NCBI GenBank assembly: GCA_965203355.1
Contig: OZ241889.1
Location: 1,376,001-1,440,000 of the forward strand
Direction of reading: 5' to 3'
Length of the DNA stretch: 64,000 nucleotides
Source: Candidatus Latescibacterota bacterium
GTDB taxonomy: Bacteria > Latescibacterota > UBA2968 > UBA8231
Under the pieces are notes generated by a model. The model had not been told where the DNA came from. It worked only from the letters and a program-made list of their open reading frames with translations, and did not search any database. A program made the translations under genes and the position numbers. The first letter of the stretch is position 1; every line of letters begins with the position of its first letter. Of this stretch, positions 8,713 through 18,255 are shown one piece after another.

Positions 8713-10095
8713 ATGGCGCTAAAAAAATCCTCTGGCCCCAAAGAGTCAAGCGCGGCTCTGCACCAGCGGCGCATTGCCCTCCTCGGCCTCGGCGTGGAAA
8801 ACCGCGCATTGGCTCGTTTTTTTTGGGCGCACCAGATTCCCTTTGCCGTGTGCGACGTGCGCGATCCGGCCACTCCGGTGGAGGGCGTGCAACAGTGGCG
8901 TATTGGCGAACGCTATCTCGACGATCTGACCGACTTCGACCTGCTGTTCCGCACGCCGGGCCTGCCGACGCTGGACCCGCGTCTGGGTGCGGCGCGGCGT
9001 TGCGGCGTTGAAGTATCGAGCCAGACGCGCCTCTTTCTGCAACGGTGTCCGGCCCCCGTGCTCGGCATTACCGGCACCAAGGGCAAGGGGACCACGACCG
9101 CGCTGCTACACGCCTTGCTGGCAACCGATCCGTCGGCGCGGGTGTTTAGCGGCGGCAACCTGGGCCGACCGCCGCTCGAATTCATCGACGAGCTGGAGCC
9201 GACTGACCGAGTGGTCCTAGAGCTGTCCAGCTTTCAATTGCAGGACCTCGACCAAAGTCCCCACATCGCCGTGGTGCTCTCCATCACCGAGGATCACCTC
9301 GACTATCACGCCGACCGCGCCGAGTACGTCGATGCTAAAAAAGCCATCTGCCGATACCAAACGCCCGGCGATATGCTCATTGTCAATCGGGACTGTCCTA
9401 CGGCTCGGACCTTTGTCGAGGAGAGTACCGCCACCCTTTGGTCCTTTAGCACAACGGCTCCGAGCATTCCGGGCGCGTGGATCGCCGATGGCCAGTTGTG
9501 GGCTTGCTGCCCGGAGGAACAGCCCCTCGCCGTTTGTCCGGTGGACGACATTCCTTTGCGGGGACAACACAATTGGAGCAACGTCGCTGCCGCGGTGGCT
9601 GGTGCCTTGGCATTTGGTGCGCCAGCGTCCGGTTTCGCCGCGGCCATTCGCTCCTTTGCCGGCCTTCCCCACCGCCTCGAATACGTTGCTGAGTGCGAGG
9701 GCGTTACCTATTACAATGACTCACTGGCCACGACGGTCGATGCTGCTTGTGCCGCCATCCGCGCCTTCGACGCACCTCTACTGTTGATTGCGGGCGGTGC
9801 TTCAAAGGGGGCCGACTTTAGCGCCTTAGGTACTGCTGTTGCCGCGGCCAAGGTCCGCGCCGTGCTGCTCATTGGCCAAGAGGCCCCGCGCATTGCCGCG
9901 GCCGCCCGGCAAGCGGGCGCGATCGTCCAGTGCTGCCGCGACCTGGCGCAAGCCTTGGACCGGGCCCGCGCCCTAGCGCAAGCGGGCGACGTGGTGCTGC
10001 TTTCGCCGGCCTGCGCCAGCTTCGATCAGTTTGCCAGTTACGCCGAGCGCGGCGACCTATTTAAGCGGCTGGTCCGCCCCCCGAGCGTTGTATGA
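8713..10095 (+). CDS. murD: UDP-N-acetylmuramoyl-L-alanine--D-glutamate ligase
   Basis: GITGTKGKGTT, LELSSFQL, DHLDYH, GLPHRLE, YYNDS, LLSPACASFDQF. Confidence 0.96.
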   Translation: MALKKSSGPKESSAALHQRRIALLGLGVENRALARFFWAHQIPFAVCDVRDPATPVEGVQQWRIGERYLDDLTDFDLLFRTPGLPTLDPRLGAARRCGVEVSSQTRLFLQRCPAPVLGITGTKGKGTTTALLHALLATDPSARVFSGGNLGRPPLEFIDELEPTDRVVLELSSFQLQDLDQSPHIAVVLSITEDHLDYHADRAEYVDAKKAICRYQTPGDMLIVNRDCPTARTFVEESTATLWSFSTTAPSIPGAWIADGQLWACCPEEQPLAVCPVDDIPLRGQHNWSNVAAAVAGALAFGAPASGFAAAIRSFAGLPHRLEYVAECEGVTYYNDSLATTVDAACAAIRAFDAPLLLIAGGASKGADFSALGTAVAAAKVRAVLLIGQEAPRIAAAARQAGAIVQCCRDLAQALDRARALAQAGDVVLLSPACASFDQFASYAERGDLFKRLVRPPSVV

Positions 10096-10289
10096 GCCGC
10101 TCGGTCTTTTTTACTTTGTCCCTGGCTGCGCCCGACCGACTACATCTACGCCTTACTGGCGCGCTGTGCGCTGATTCGCGGGGGCTTGCCCAGCGGCGGC
10201 CCCCAGTATTGGCTGACCAAAGACGCCGATGACGTGCCGAGCTGAAGCGCGGGCGAGTGCGAAAACGTCCTAACAAATGGAGTAGCATC

Positions 10290-11765
10290 ATGCCCGACCG
10301 ACCCAACCTACTGTTCATCATGCCCGACCAGATGCGCCACGACTTTCTTAGTTGTTACGGTGCTCCCCACATTTCCACGCCCAACATCGACCGCATTGCC
10401 GCTGAAGGCGTCCGCTACGACCAAGCCTATAGCTTGCATCCGGTCTGCGTACCGGCGCGATGTTCGCTGCTGACTGGCCTCAATGCTTGGCGCAATCACG
10501 TGCTGACCAATGGCAACCACCTACGCCCAGACCACGCGGCGTGTGGCATCCGCACTTGGGCGGAGATGTTGACCGAGCGCGGCTACCTCACCTCGGCCAT
10601 CGGCAAGATGCACTTCTACCCGTGGGACGCCTCTTTTGGCTTCCAACATCGCATTGCCTGCGAGGACAAGGTGTGGGTCAACATTCGCGACGATTACTGG
10701 CACTATTTGCAACAGCGCGGCCACCGCAAGTACATGGGCAAGGAGCACGAAGGATACGACGAAAATCGCGGGGCCTGCGTGTCGCTGTTGCCTTGGGATT
10801 GCTACTGGGATTACTTCGTCGGCGAAGCGGCGGCGCGCTTCATCCGCGAGTACGACGACGAGCGGCCCTTCGCCTGCATGGTGGGCTTCCCCGGCCCGCA
10901 CGACCCCTACGATCCCACGCCGGAGTTTCTGGCTAAGGTAGATGTTGATAAAATTCCCGATCCCGCGCCCGGCGACCCGATCCACCGCGACGTCCGCGAG
11001 GGCGTCCACCCCCGGCCTCGGCCGGGTGTGCCGATCTGGACTCCAGAAACCGAAGGCCCCTATACCGAGGAGCAGAAGCGCAAGGTGCGCGCCCACTATT
11101 CGGCGCTCATCTTGCAGATAGACCACGAGGTCGGCCAAATCCTCGCGGCCTTAGAAGCAAGCGGTCGTCTCGACAACACGCTCGTCATTTTTGCTTCCGA
11201 TCACGGCGATTTGGTCGGGGATCACGGCGTAAACGCCAAGGGCAACTTCTACGAGGGGAGCTGCCACGTGCCCATGCTGGTGCGCCAGCCGGGCGGTGCT
11301 ACCGGTGTGGTGCGCGACGATCTGGTTTGCCTCACGGACGTCACCGCGACCCTGTTAGCCGCGTCTGGTCACGGTGTGCCAGATTACATGGATGCTAGGC
11401 CGCTGCCCGGCTTGGGCTTGGCTGGCGATGCGCCGCGCGACCTGCTCATCGGTGGCTTGCAGTCCGGCTGGATGGCCTACGACGGGCGGCACAAGTTGGT
11501 GAAGTACGGCAACGGCGCGGCCGGACTGTTCGATTTGCAGGCGGATCCCCAAGAACAGCACAACCTCGCCGAATCCGCCGCACACGCGGCTCAATACCGC
11601 CACTTGGACGCCGCGCTCTGGCGCGAAGTCATGCGCTCGGTGCAGGCTTCACACTCCTACAACGCGGTTTACTCGTCCGAAAGCGTTTCCCTGTGGGCCG
11701 ACAAGGCGTTTGGTGCGGCCGGGTGGGAGCGGGTCTATCCGCACAGTTCGATTCAAGGGGAATAG
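10290..11765 (+). CDS. Sulfatase (Cys-type, formylglycine-dependent)
   Basis: PNLLFIMPDQ, CVPARCSLLTG, GKMH, GPHDPY, SDHGD. Confidence 0.93.
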   Translation: MPDRPNLLFIMPDQMRHDFLSCYGAPHISTPNIDRIAAEGVRYDQAYSLHPVCVPARCSLLTGLNAWRNHVLTNGNHLRPDHAACGIRTWAEMLTERGYLTSAIGKMHFYPWDASFGFQHRIACEDKVWVNIRDDYWHYLQQRGHRKYMGKEHEGYDENRGACVSLLPWDCYWDYFVGEAAARFIREYDDERPFACMVGFPGPHDPYDPTPEFLAKVDVDKIPDPAPGDPIHRDVREGVHPRPRPGVPIWTPETEGPYTEEQKRKVRAHYSALILQIDHEVGQILAALEASGRLDNTLVIFASDHGDLVGDHGVNAKGNFYEGSCHVPMLVRQPGGATGVVRDDLVCLTDVTATLLAASGHGVPDYMDARPLPGLGLAGDAPRDLLIGGLQSGWMAYDGRHKLVKYGNGAAGLFDLQADPQEQHNLAESAAHAAQYRHLDAALWREVMRSVQASHSYNAVYSSESVSLWADKAFGAAGWERVYPHSSIQGE

Positions 11766-11808
11766 GCACAGGCGTAGAAGGCTGTCGCTGATAGGCTCGG
11801 CGACGCAT

Positions 11809-12159
11809 CTACCCCAACGCCGTCGGCAGCAACGCCTGGTTGTAGCCGACGATCAGGCAGGTTCCGCTGCGGAATGCGGGTGCCCGGAGCTTGCCAGAAC
11901 GCCCCAACAGAAGCGGCAGCAATTCCTCGTCCGCTGGCCGTTGCGCCACCAAGTCGAAGCGGAGGACGCGCTGCCCTTGGGCGACGAACAACTCGGTCGC
12001 ATCCGCTAGCAGAGCGAGGGCGGCCGTGCCCGCGACCGGTTCTTTGGTCGCGCTCTGCACGATGCCATCGGCGATGTTGTTTTGCACAAGAAACTCTTGT
12101 GCGCGCTTGCAGCTCGTTCAGCCGGGGCGGTGGTAGCGCCATTCCAAGGCTCGGACCAT
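11809..12159 (-). CDS. ArsC/Spx-like (thioredoxin-fold) probable selenoprotein, UxxC, Sec14 at 12118-12120
   Basis: AAGGA RBS; MVRALEWRYHRPG-TGA-TSCKRAQEFL continues in frame into the 11809..12087 ORF ending LGRSGKLRAPAFRSGTCLIVGYN. Confidence 0.85.
12084..12102 (-). promoter_or_regulatory. Candidate SECIS hairpin
   Basis: GCACAAGA-GUU-UCUUGUGC perfect 8-bp stem starting 15 nt after the UGA. Confidence 0.65.
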
Positions 12160-12172
12160 GGCTCAGATTCCT

Positions 12173-12970
12173 TCAGATGTTGTAGTGTAGTCCGCACTCT
12201 TTGTGGTCATCTGCGCTGTCGGCTTGTTCGTTAAACCAACGCCAGCGACCGTTGCGCTTGGGTTCGTCGGGCCGGACCGGGGTGGAGCAGATGATGCAGC
12301 CAAAGCTAGGGTAGCCTTGGCCGTAGAGCGGATGTACCGGCAAGTCGTTTGCCCGCGTAAATTCCATTAGCTCCGCTTCGCTCCAATCGACCAATGGATT
12401 GAGCTTAAGTATTTTGCGCCGGGTGCCGTACTCGTCGATTAAGGCCGCCTTCTTGGCCGTCTGTCGGCGATGCGCGGACTGGTCCCAGCGCTGCCCCGAA
12501 ATCCAGCAATCGGCGGTCTGCAACAGTGCGTTGTTGGGCCATTCTTTCCGCACTTGGCAGCAGTGCTGCTGTTTTTCTGGAGAATCGAAAAACAAGTACT
12601 CGCCGTGGCGTGCGACCATCCGCTCGACATCGCCGCGCTTGGGTTGGACGACCTCGAAGTGGCAGCGGTAGCGTGCGCTGACTTCCTCCATGAAGGCGTA
12701 GGTTTCGGGGTGGAGCCGGAAGGTGTCGATGGTGGCAAAGCGCAGGTTCAGCCCCATGGACATCGCCATGTGGATCATCGCAACGCCGGTGTACTGGAAG
12801 CTGGTGTTGAGCACGGCCCGGCCGGGAAAGGTCTCGCTGGCCCAGCGCAAGAGATCTTCGGCGGGCATCTGCTCCACGGCTAGGTCGCGGAGGTAGCGCG
12901 CTAACGGCTGGTCGCGCTCGGCTGAGGACGAGGGCCCCAGCGTCTTTTGGTCTGCGGTCGTAGCGGTCAT
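12173..12970 (-). CDS. cysH: Adenylylsulfate/phosphoadenylylsulfate reductase (APS-type, 4Fe-4S)
   Basis: TSFQ, IDTFRLHPETY, CCQVRK and CIICS Fe-S ligands, GRWRW, ECGLH. Confidence 0.93.
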   Translation of the reverse strand: MTATTADQKTLGPSSSAERDQPLARYLRDLAVEQMPAEDLLRWASETFPGRAVLNTSFQYTGVAMIHMAMSMGLNLRFATIDTFRLHPETYAFMEEVSARYRCHFEVVQPKRGDVERMVARHGEYLFFDSPEKQQHCCQVRKEWPNNALLQTADCWISGQRWDQSAHRRQTAKKAALIDEYGTRRKILKLNPLVDWSEAELMEFTRANDLPVHPLYGQGYPSFGCIICSTPVRPDEPKRNGRWRWFNEQADSADDHKECGLHYNI

Positions 12971-13098
12971 AAATCTTATAATGTAAGGATAAGAGCGGAT
13001 TGGCAAAGCTCAGGAGTTTTCCCTTGCCATTGTCCAAACGCTAAGAGTAGCTTTTTCAAGGTCGAGTCAACCTGTCTTACGGGGCTTTTTCTCAAGGC

Positions 13099-15333
13099 AT
13101 GAGCGTGCAAAAACTCCTAGAATCAGCCGACGCAACCGCGACTGCGCGGATTGCCACTGTCCTGCCCGCTGAGGAGGAAGTGCTCATCCGCGCCTCGACG
13201 GATTTGGCCGCCGACGGGTGTTTTGGTCGTCAGTGGCTGATCGCAACCGAGCAGCGCGTCCTCGTCGTACCCGCTCAGGGCGAGATCGTCGATATACCAC
13301 TCGCCGCGCTGGCCGAGGTGCGGACCGACGCGCTCGTTGGCGGCGGTCAGTTGGCGATCGAGCGCGTAGATGCGCCGACCTTGTCGCTGAGCTACACCAG
13401 CTCGGAGGCCGAAAAAATGTCCGAGGTGGCGCGGGGTTTGGAGCAGTTGCGCCAGGGGCAGCCGTTTGTCGTCAATGGGCACTTGGACCGGACCCGCTGC
13501 GAGCACTGCCAGCGGCTCTTGCCGGAGAAAAACGGCATCTGTCCGGCGTGCATCAAAAAACTGGCGACCCTCAAGCGCATTGCCAGCTATATCAGCCCGT
13601 ACAAGCTCAAGGCCGGCGTCTTGGCCTTTGCTTCCATTGCCACTACGGTCGCGGAGCTGGCTCCACCGCTGATTACCAAGCGCATAGTCGATGAGGTGTT
13701 GATCCCGGTGGAGGGGAGTCCTACGGGATTTGACGAGCGCGTCCAGCTCTTGGGCTTGTTCGTCGCGGCTTTAATCGGCGTCCGTTTTGCGTCGTGGGTC
13801 GCCGAATGGGCCCACGGCTGGATTGCGACTTGGCTCGGCGCACAGCTCACGGCGGATATTCGCTCGCTCCTCTACCGCCGCTTGGAAATGCTGTCCTTGC
13901 AGTTTTACGACAAGCGCAAGGTCGGCTCCCTCATCTCGCGGGCCACTCGCGATGCTGGCATGTTGCAGGACTTTCTCGTCGATGGCTTGCCCTACATCGT
14001 CATCAACGGTCTGATGATCTTTGGCATCCTCGGATTTTTGTTTTGGATGAGTTGGTCGTTGAGCCTGTACGTGCTGGTGCCCGTGCCGCTTATCATGCTG
14101 TGGGGCGTGGTTTTTTGGCGGCGGCTGCGCGGTTTTTTCGTCAAGTGGGGCGAGGTCTGGTCTGGCCTGACCGAGCGCACGGTAGAGACGCTTTCTGGCA
14201 TCCGCGTAGTCAAGGCGTTTGCCCAAGAAGACCGAGAAGTAGCGGCCTTTGCCAAGCCCAACGGCAGGCTGCGCGAAGTGGCCGAAAAGACCGCGATAAA
14301 TCGCGGCGTGTTCTTCGCTACCATCACGTTTTTGACGGGGTTGGGCGTCTTGGTCGTCTGGTTGTTCGGCGGGCTGCAAGTCCTCGCTGGCAAGATGACC
14401 TTGGGTACACTGTTGGCTTTTTACGCGTACATGTGGCTGTTTTACGGCCCCTTGGAGTGGTTCGGCCAAGTCAATGCGTGGATGTCGCGGGCCTTTGCTG
14501 GGGCCGAGCGCATCTTCGAGGTCATCGACACCCCGCCCGAGGCATACGAGGACCCAGCCGCAAAGCGGGTGCCGCGGATGAAAGGGAGTATTCGCTTTGA
14601 GGGCGTCACCTTTGGCTACGACAAGAGCAAGCCCGTGCTGAAGGACTTTGACTTAGACATCCAGCCGGGCGAGATGATCGGCTTAGTGGGCAAGTCCGGG
14701 GTCGGCAAGACCACGACCGTCAATCTCATCGCCCGCTTCTACGACGTCGACTACGGGTCCATTGAGATCGATGGAATCGACATCCGCAAAATCCACCTGC
14801 GCGACTTGCGCTCGCAGATCGGCATCGTGCTACAGGAGCCGGTGCTTTTTTCCGGGACCATTGCCGACAACATCGGCTACGGTCGGCCCGGGTCCTCTTT
14901 TGCGGACATCATGGCGGCCGCTCGCGCCGCCAACGCCCACAACTTCATTGTGGCCAAGCCCGACGGCTATGAGACCCAAGTCGGGGAGAAGGGGGCTGGG
15001 CTTTCGGGGGGGGAGCGCCAGCGCGTCTCCATTGCCCGCGCCATTCTCCACAACCCGCGCATCCTGATCCTCGACGAAGCCACGGCCTCGGTTGATGTGG
15101 AGACCGAGTTGCACATCCAAGAGGCGATTCAGCGGCTCGTCAAAGGGCGCACTACCGTGGCCATTGCCCACCGGCTTTCGACGTTGCGCAACGCCGACCG
15201 GCTGATGGTTATCGACGACGGTCGCATCGTCGAGTCGGGGACGCATGCGGAGCTCATGGCAAAGCAGGGGGCCTTTTACGAGTTGGTCAATTTGCAAAGA
15301 GCAGTGGCCGAGATCATCGCCATTCACGACTAG
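13099..15333 (+). CDS. ABC exporter (TMD+NBD) with N-terminal accessory domain and CxxC-x10-CxxC
   Basis: CEHC..CPAC, multiple TM helices, GKSGVGKTT, LSGGERQR, ILILDE. Confidence 0.92.
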   Translation: MSVQKLLESADATATARIATVLPAEEEVLIRASTDLAADGCFGRQWLIATEQRVLVVPAQGEIVDIPLAALAEVRTDALVGGGQLAIERVDAPTLSLSYTSSEAEKMSEVARGLEQLRQGQPFVVNGHLDRTRCEHCQRLLPEKNGICPACIKKLATLKRIASYISPYKLKAGVLAFASIATTVAELAPPLITKRIVDEVLIPVEGSPTGFDERVQLLGLFVAALIGVRFASWVAEWAHGWIATWLGAQLTADIRSLLYRRLEMLSLQFYDKRKVGSLISRATRDAGMLQDFLVDGLPYIVINGLMIFGILGFLFWMSWSLSLYVLVPVPLIMLWGVVFWRRLRGFFVKWGEVWSGLTERTVETLSGIRVVKAFAQEDREVAAFAKPNGRLREVAEKTAINRGVFFATITFLTGLGVLVVWLFGGLQVLAGKMTLGTLLAFYAYMWLFYGPLEWFGQVNAWMSRAFAGAERIFEVIDTPPEAYEDPAAKRVPRMKGSIRFEGVTFGYDKSKPVLKDFDLDIQPGEMIGLVGKSGVGKTTTVNLIARFYDVDYGSIEIDGIDIRKIHLRDLRSQIGIVLQEPVLFSGTIADNIGYGRPGSSFADIMAAARAANAHNFIVAKPDGYETQVGEKGAGLSGGERQRVSIARAILHNPRILILDEATASVDVETELHIQEAIQRLVKGRTTVAIAHRLSTLRNADRLMVIDDGRIVESGTHAELMAKQGAFYELVNLQRAVAEIIAIHD

Positions 15334-15335
15334 CC

Positions 15336-17546
15336 ATGTCCACCTTTTTTGAAAATCTGCCGCGCACCATCGAGGCCAAAGTCGAATCGCGCAAGGGCCG
15401 AGAGGAAGAAGTTCTGATCCAGGTCGCCACGGATATGGCCGGCCAGGACCGCTTTGAGCGGCGCTGGCTGGTCGTAACGTCGAAGCGTCTGATGGTCCTC
15501 GATCCCAACGGCGCACACGGCGACGTGGAGCTTTTGCTGCAAGTGGTCAAGTCCGCCCGCGTTGAGGCGCTGGTCGGCGGCGGACGCTTGGAACTGGAGC
15601 GCGAAGAGGGGCCCCCAACGCATCTGTATTACTCCAATTCACTAGCGCCCAAATTCGCCGAGGTGGCCGAGGGCATTGCCCATCTCAAAGAGGGCCAGGA
15701 TCTCAACCTACCTCACGAATTGGACCACACGCACTGCGAGCAATGCCAGCGCCGCTTGCCCGAAGTCGGCGGGATGTGCCCGGTCTGCATCGACAAATTC
15801 GATACTTTTAAGCGTCTAATCAGCTACATGCTGCCCTATCGGTTTCAGCTCGTCTTATTGCTGGGCCTGACGGTGGTATCCTCGCTGCTGGAGCTGGTGC
15901 CGCCCTATATCGTCAAGCATCTCATTGACGATGTGCTCGTTCCCGGCGAGGCTGGCACCAGGCTCTACTGGCTGGTCGGTGGTCTCTTGGCGGTCGGCGT
16001 CGTCAAGTGGGGCATGGACGTGGTGCGCCGCTGGCTCAACACCCGAGTCGGCTTCCGCGCCATTGAGCACTTGCGCACGGATTTGTTTAGAGCACTCCAG
16101 TATTTGCCGCTGCGCTTTTACGACAAGCGCAAGGTCGGCGCGTTGATCTCGCGCATGAACAACGACTCGGAGATGGTCGAAGACTTCCTGCTCTTTGACA
16201 TGCCTTATATCGTCTCCAATGCCGCGATGATCGTCGGCATCCTAGGGCTGCTGTTCTACATGAACTGGGCGCTGACTCTGTACGTGCTGGCCCCGGTGCC
16301 GCCGATTATCATTGGCTCAAGCCTCATCTGGAATCGCCTCCAGCGCTTTTGGGGCCGTTGGTCGGCGCGCTGGTCGCGGCTGACGACGCATCTCAACGAG
16401 TCGATCGCCGGCATCCGCGTGGTCAAGGCTTTCGCGCAAGAACACCGCGAGTCCGAGCGTTTTGATCAGCGCAATCACGCCTTGCGCCAAATCAGCGTCA
16501 GTGCCGAACGCTCGTGGTTGGTTTTCTTTTTGGTAACCAACTTCTTCATGAGCTTTGGCGGGTTTTTCGTGTGGTATTTCGGCGGTAAGCAGATCGTTGG
16601 CGGCGACCTGTCGCTGGGGGAGTTGATGGCCTTTATCGCCTATCTGTGGATGCTCTACCACCCGCTCAAGTGGTTCGGCGATTTCTACAGCTTCATGGTG
16701 CGGGCCTTCGCCGGTGCCGAGCGCATCTTTGAAATTGTCGATGCGCCCTCCGAGCCTTTCGACCATCCCGGTGCCGAGCGCATTCCCGCGCTTAAGGGCC
16801 AAGTCGCCTTTGAAGGCGCGGCCTTTGGCTACGACCCGGGCAAGATCGTCCTGCGCGACCTCGACTTGGTGGTGCAGCCGGGCGAGATGATCGGCTTGGT
16901 GGGCAAGTCCGGGGCGGGCAAGAGTACGCTGATCAACCTAATCACGCGCTTTTACGATGTCTCGCATGGTCGCCTCGCCATCGACGGGGTCGATATCCGC
17001 CGCATCGCCCTGCGCGACCTGCGCTCGCAAATAGGCATGGTGGCCCAGCAGTCGTTTTTGTTCAACGGCACGATTGCCGAAAACATCGCCTACGGCAAGC
17101 CCGGCGCCACATTCGACGAGATTTTGCGCGCGGCCCGCGCCGCCAATGCCCACGAGTTTATCGTCAAAAAGCCAGACGGCTATGACATGGTCGTCGGGGA
17201 GCAGGGCGACAAGCTCGCCGGCGGCGAAAAGCAGCGCATTTCCATTGCGCGGGCCATTCTCCACGACCCGCGGATCTTGATCTTGGACGAGGCCACTTCG
17301 TCGCTCGACACGCCGACCGAGAAAAAGATCCAAGAGGCGATTCAGCGGCTGGTCAAAGGCCGCACGACTTTCGCCATTGCCCATCGGCTTTCGACCTTGC
17401 GCAGCGCGGATCGCCTCGTGGTGATCGACGCGGGCAAAATAGCCGAAGTTGGCACACACGAAGAATTGATCGCGCGCGAGGGCATTTTCTACAATCTGGT
17501 AAAGACCCAACGCGAGACATCCGCGGTCATGGCCACCAGCGGCTAG
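15336..17546 (+). CDS. ABC exporter (TMD+NBD), paralogue of the upstream gene
   Basis: CEQC..CPVC, GKSGAGKST, LAGGEKQR, ILILDE. Confidence 0.92.
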   Translation: MSTFFENLPRTIEAKVESRKGREEEVLIQVATDMAGQDRFERRWLVVTSKRLMVLDPNGAHGDVELLLQVVKSARVEALVGGGRLELEREEGPPTHLYYSNSLAPKFAEVAEGIAHLKEGQDLNLPHELDHTHCEQCQRRLPEVGGMCPVCIDKFDTFKRLISYMLPYRFQLVLLLGLTVVSSLLELVPPYIVKHLIDDVLVPGEAGTRLYWLVGGLLAVGVVKWGMDVVRRWLNTRVGFRAIEHLRTDLFRALQYLPLRFYDKRKVGALISRMNNDSEMVEDFLLFDMPYIVSNAAMIVGILGLLFYMNWALTLYVLAPVPPIIIGSSLIWNRLQRFWGRWSARWSRLTTHLNESIAGIRVVKAFAQEHRESERFDQRNHALRQISVSAERSWLVFFLVTNFFMSFGGFFVWYFGGKQIVGGDLSLGELMAFIAYLWMLYHPLKWFGDFYSFMVRAFAGAERIFEIVDAPSEPFDHPGAERIPALKGQVAFEGAAFGYDPGKIVLRDLDLVVQPGEMIGLVGKSGAGKSTLINLITRFYDVSHGRLAIDGVDIRRIALRDLRSQIGMVAQQSFLFNGTIAENIAYGKPGATFDEILRAARAANAHEFIVKKPDGYDMVVGEQGDKLAGGEKQRISIARAILHDPRILILDEATSSLDTPTEKKIQEAIQRLVKGRTTFAIAHRLSTLRSADRLVVIDAGKIAEVGTHEELIAREGIFYNLVKTQRETSAVMATSG

Positions 17547-17560
17547 CGAGGAACGATGCA

Positions 17561-18091
17561 ATGACAGATAGCGGCAAACCAGCGATCACCCCGATTTCCG
17601 TGACGCACCCCGAGCACGTCGAAATTGACAAGCTGCGCCTCTTCCGCGCGCCGGCTTGGCTCTTGCGCTTGACCATCGACGGCGACCGCTCGTACCTGAA
17701 GGTGAAGGTCGTCCGCGCCGCGCCGCTGTCCCACCCGACGCGCTACATCAGCCTCCTCGACGCCAAGGACGAGGAGATATGTATGATCGACGATCTCGCC
17801 CAGCTCGACTTAGCGGCGCGCGGCTTGATTGAGGAGGAGTTGGACCACCGCTATTTGACGGCGACGATTCAGCAGGTCCATGCGGTGCGCAACGAATACG
17901 GCACCTCTTATTGGGACGTGCAAACCGATCGCGGGCCGCGCGAGTTTGTCGTCCAGAACGTCTCGGAAAATGCCCAGTGGCTCGGCGACCACCGACTGCT
18001 GATTATCGACGTTGATGGCAACCGCTTTGAAATTCCGCGCCTCGACAAACTGGATAAGAAAAGTTTGGCTGCGGTTGAACAAGTCGTCTGA
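17561..18091 (+). CDS. DUF1854 family protein
   Basis: VVRAAPLSHPTRYISLLD, EELDHRYL, WDVQTDRGPREF, IDVDGNRFEI. Confidence 0.85.
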   Translation: MTDSGKPAITPISVTHPEHVEIDKLRLFRAPAWLLRLTIDGDRSYLKVKVVRAAPLSHPTRYISLLDAKDEEICMIDDLAQLDLAARGLIEEELDHRYLTATIQQVHAVRNEYGTSYWDVQTDRGPREFVVQNVSENAQWLGDHRLLIIDVDGNRFEIPRLDKLDKKSLAAVEQVV

Positions 18092-18195
18092 TTAGTCTGC
18101 GCTGTTGCAGCCATGCCGGCCAGCCTCGCCAGCGGTTGTTTTCACGATCAGTGCCAATAACGCCGCCTTGTGCAACGAGCCGCGGCGAAAAAAGA

Positions 18196-18231
18196 AAATG
18201 GGACCTCAAACCGAAAGTTGAGGTCCCATTT
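18196..18231 (-). terminator. Intrinsic terminator of the S8 protease gene (possibly bidirectional)
   Basis: 14-bp perfect stem AAATGGGACCTCAA/TTGAGGTCCCATTT followed on the - strand by TCTTTTTT. Confidence 0.85.
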
Positions 18232-18255
18232 CCGTGCCTTGCGGTGTCGCGTGTG

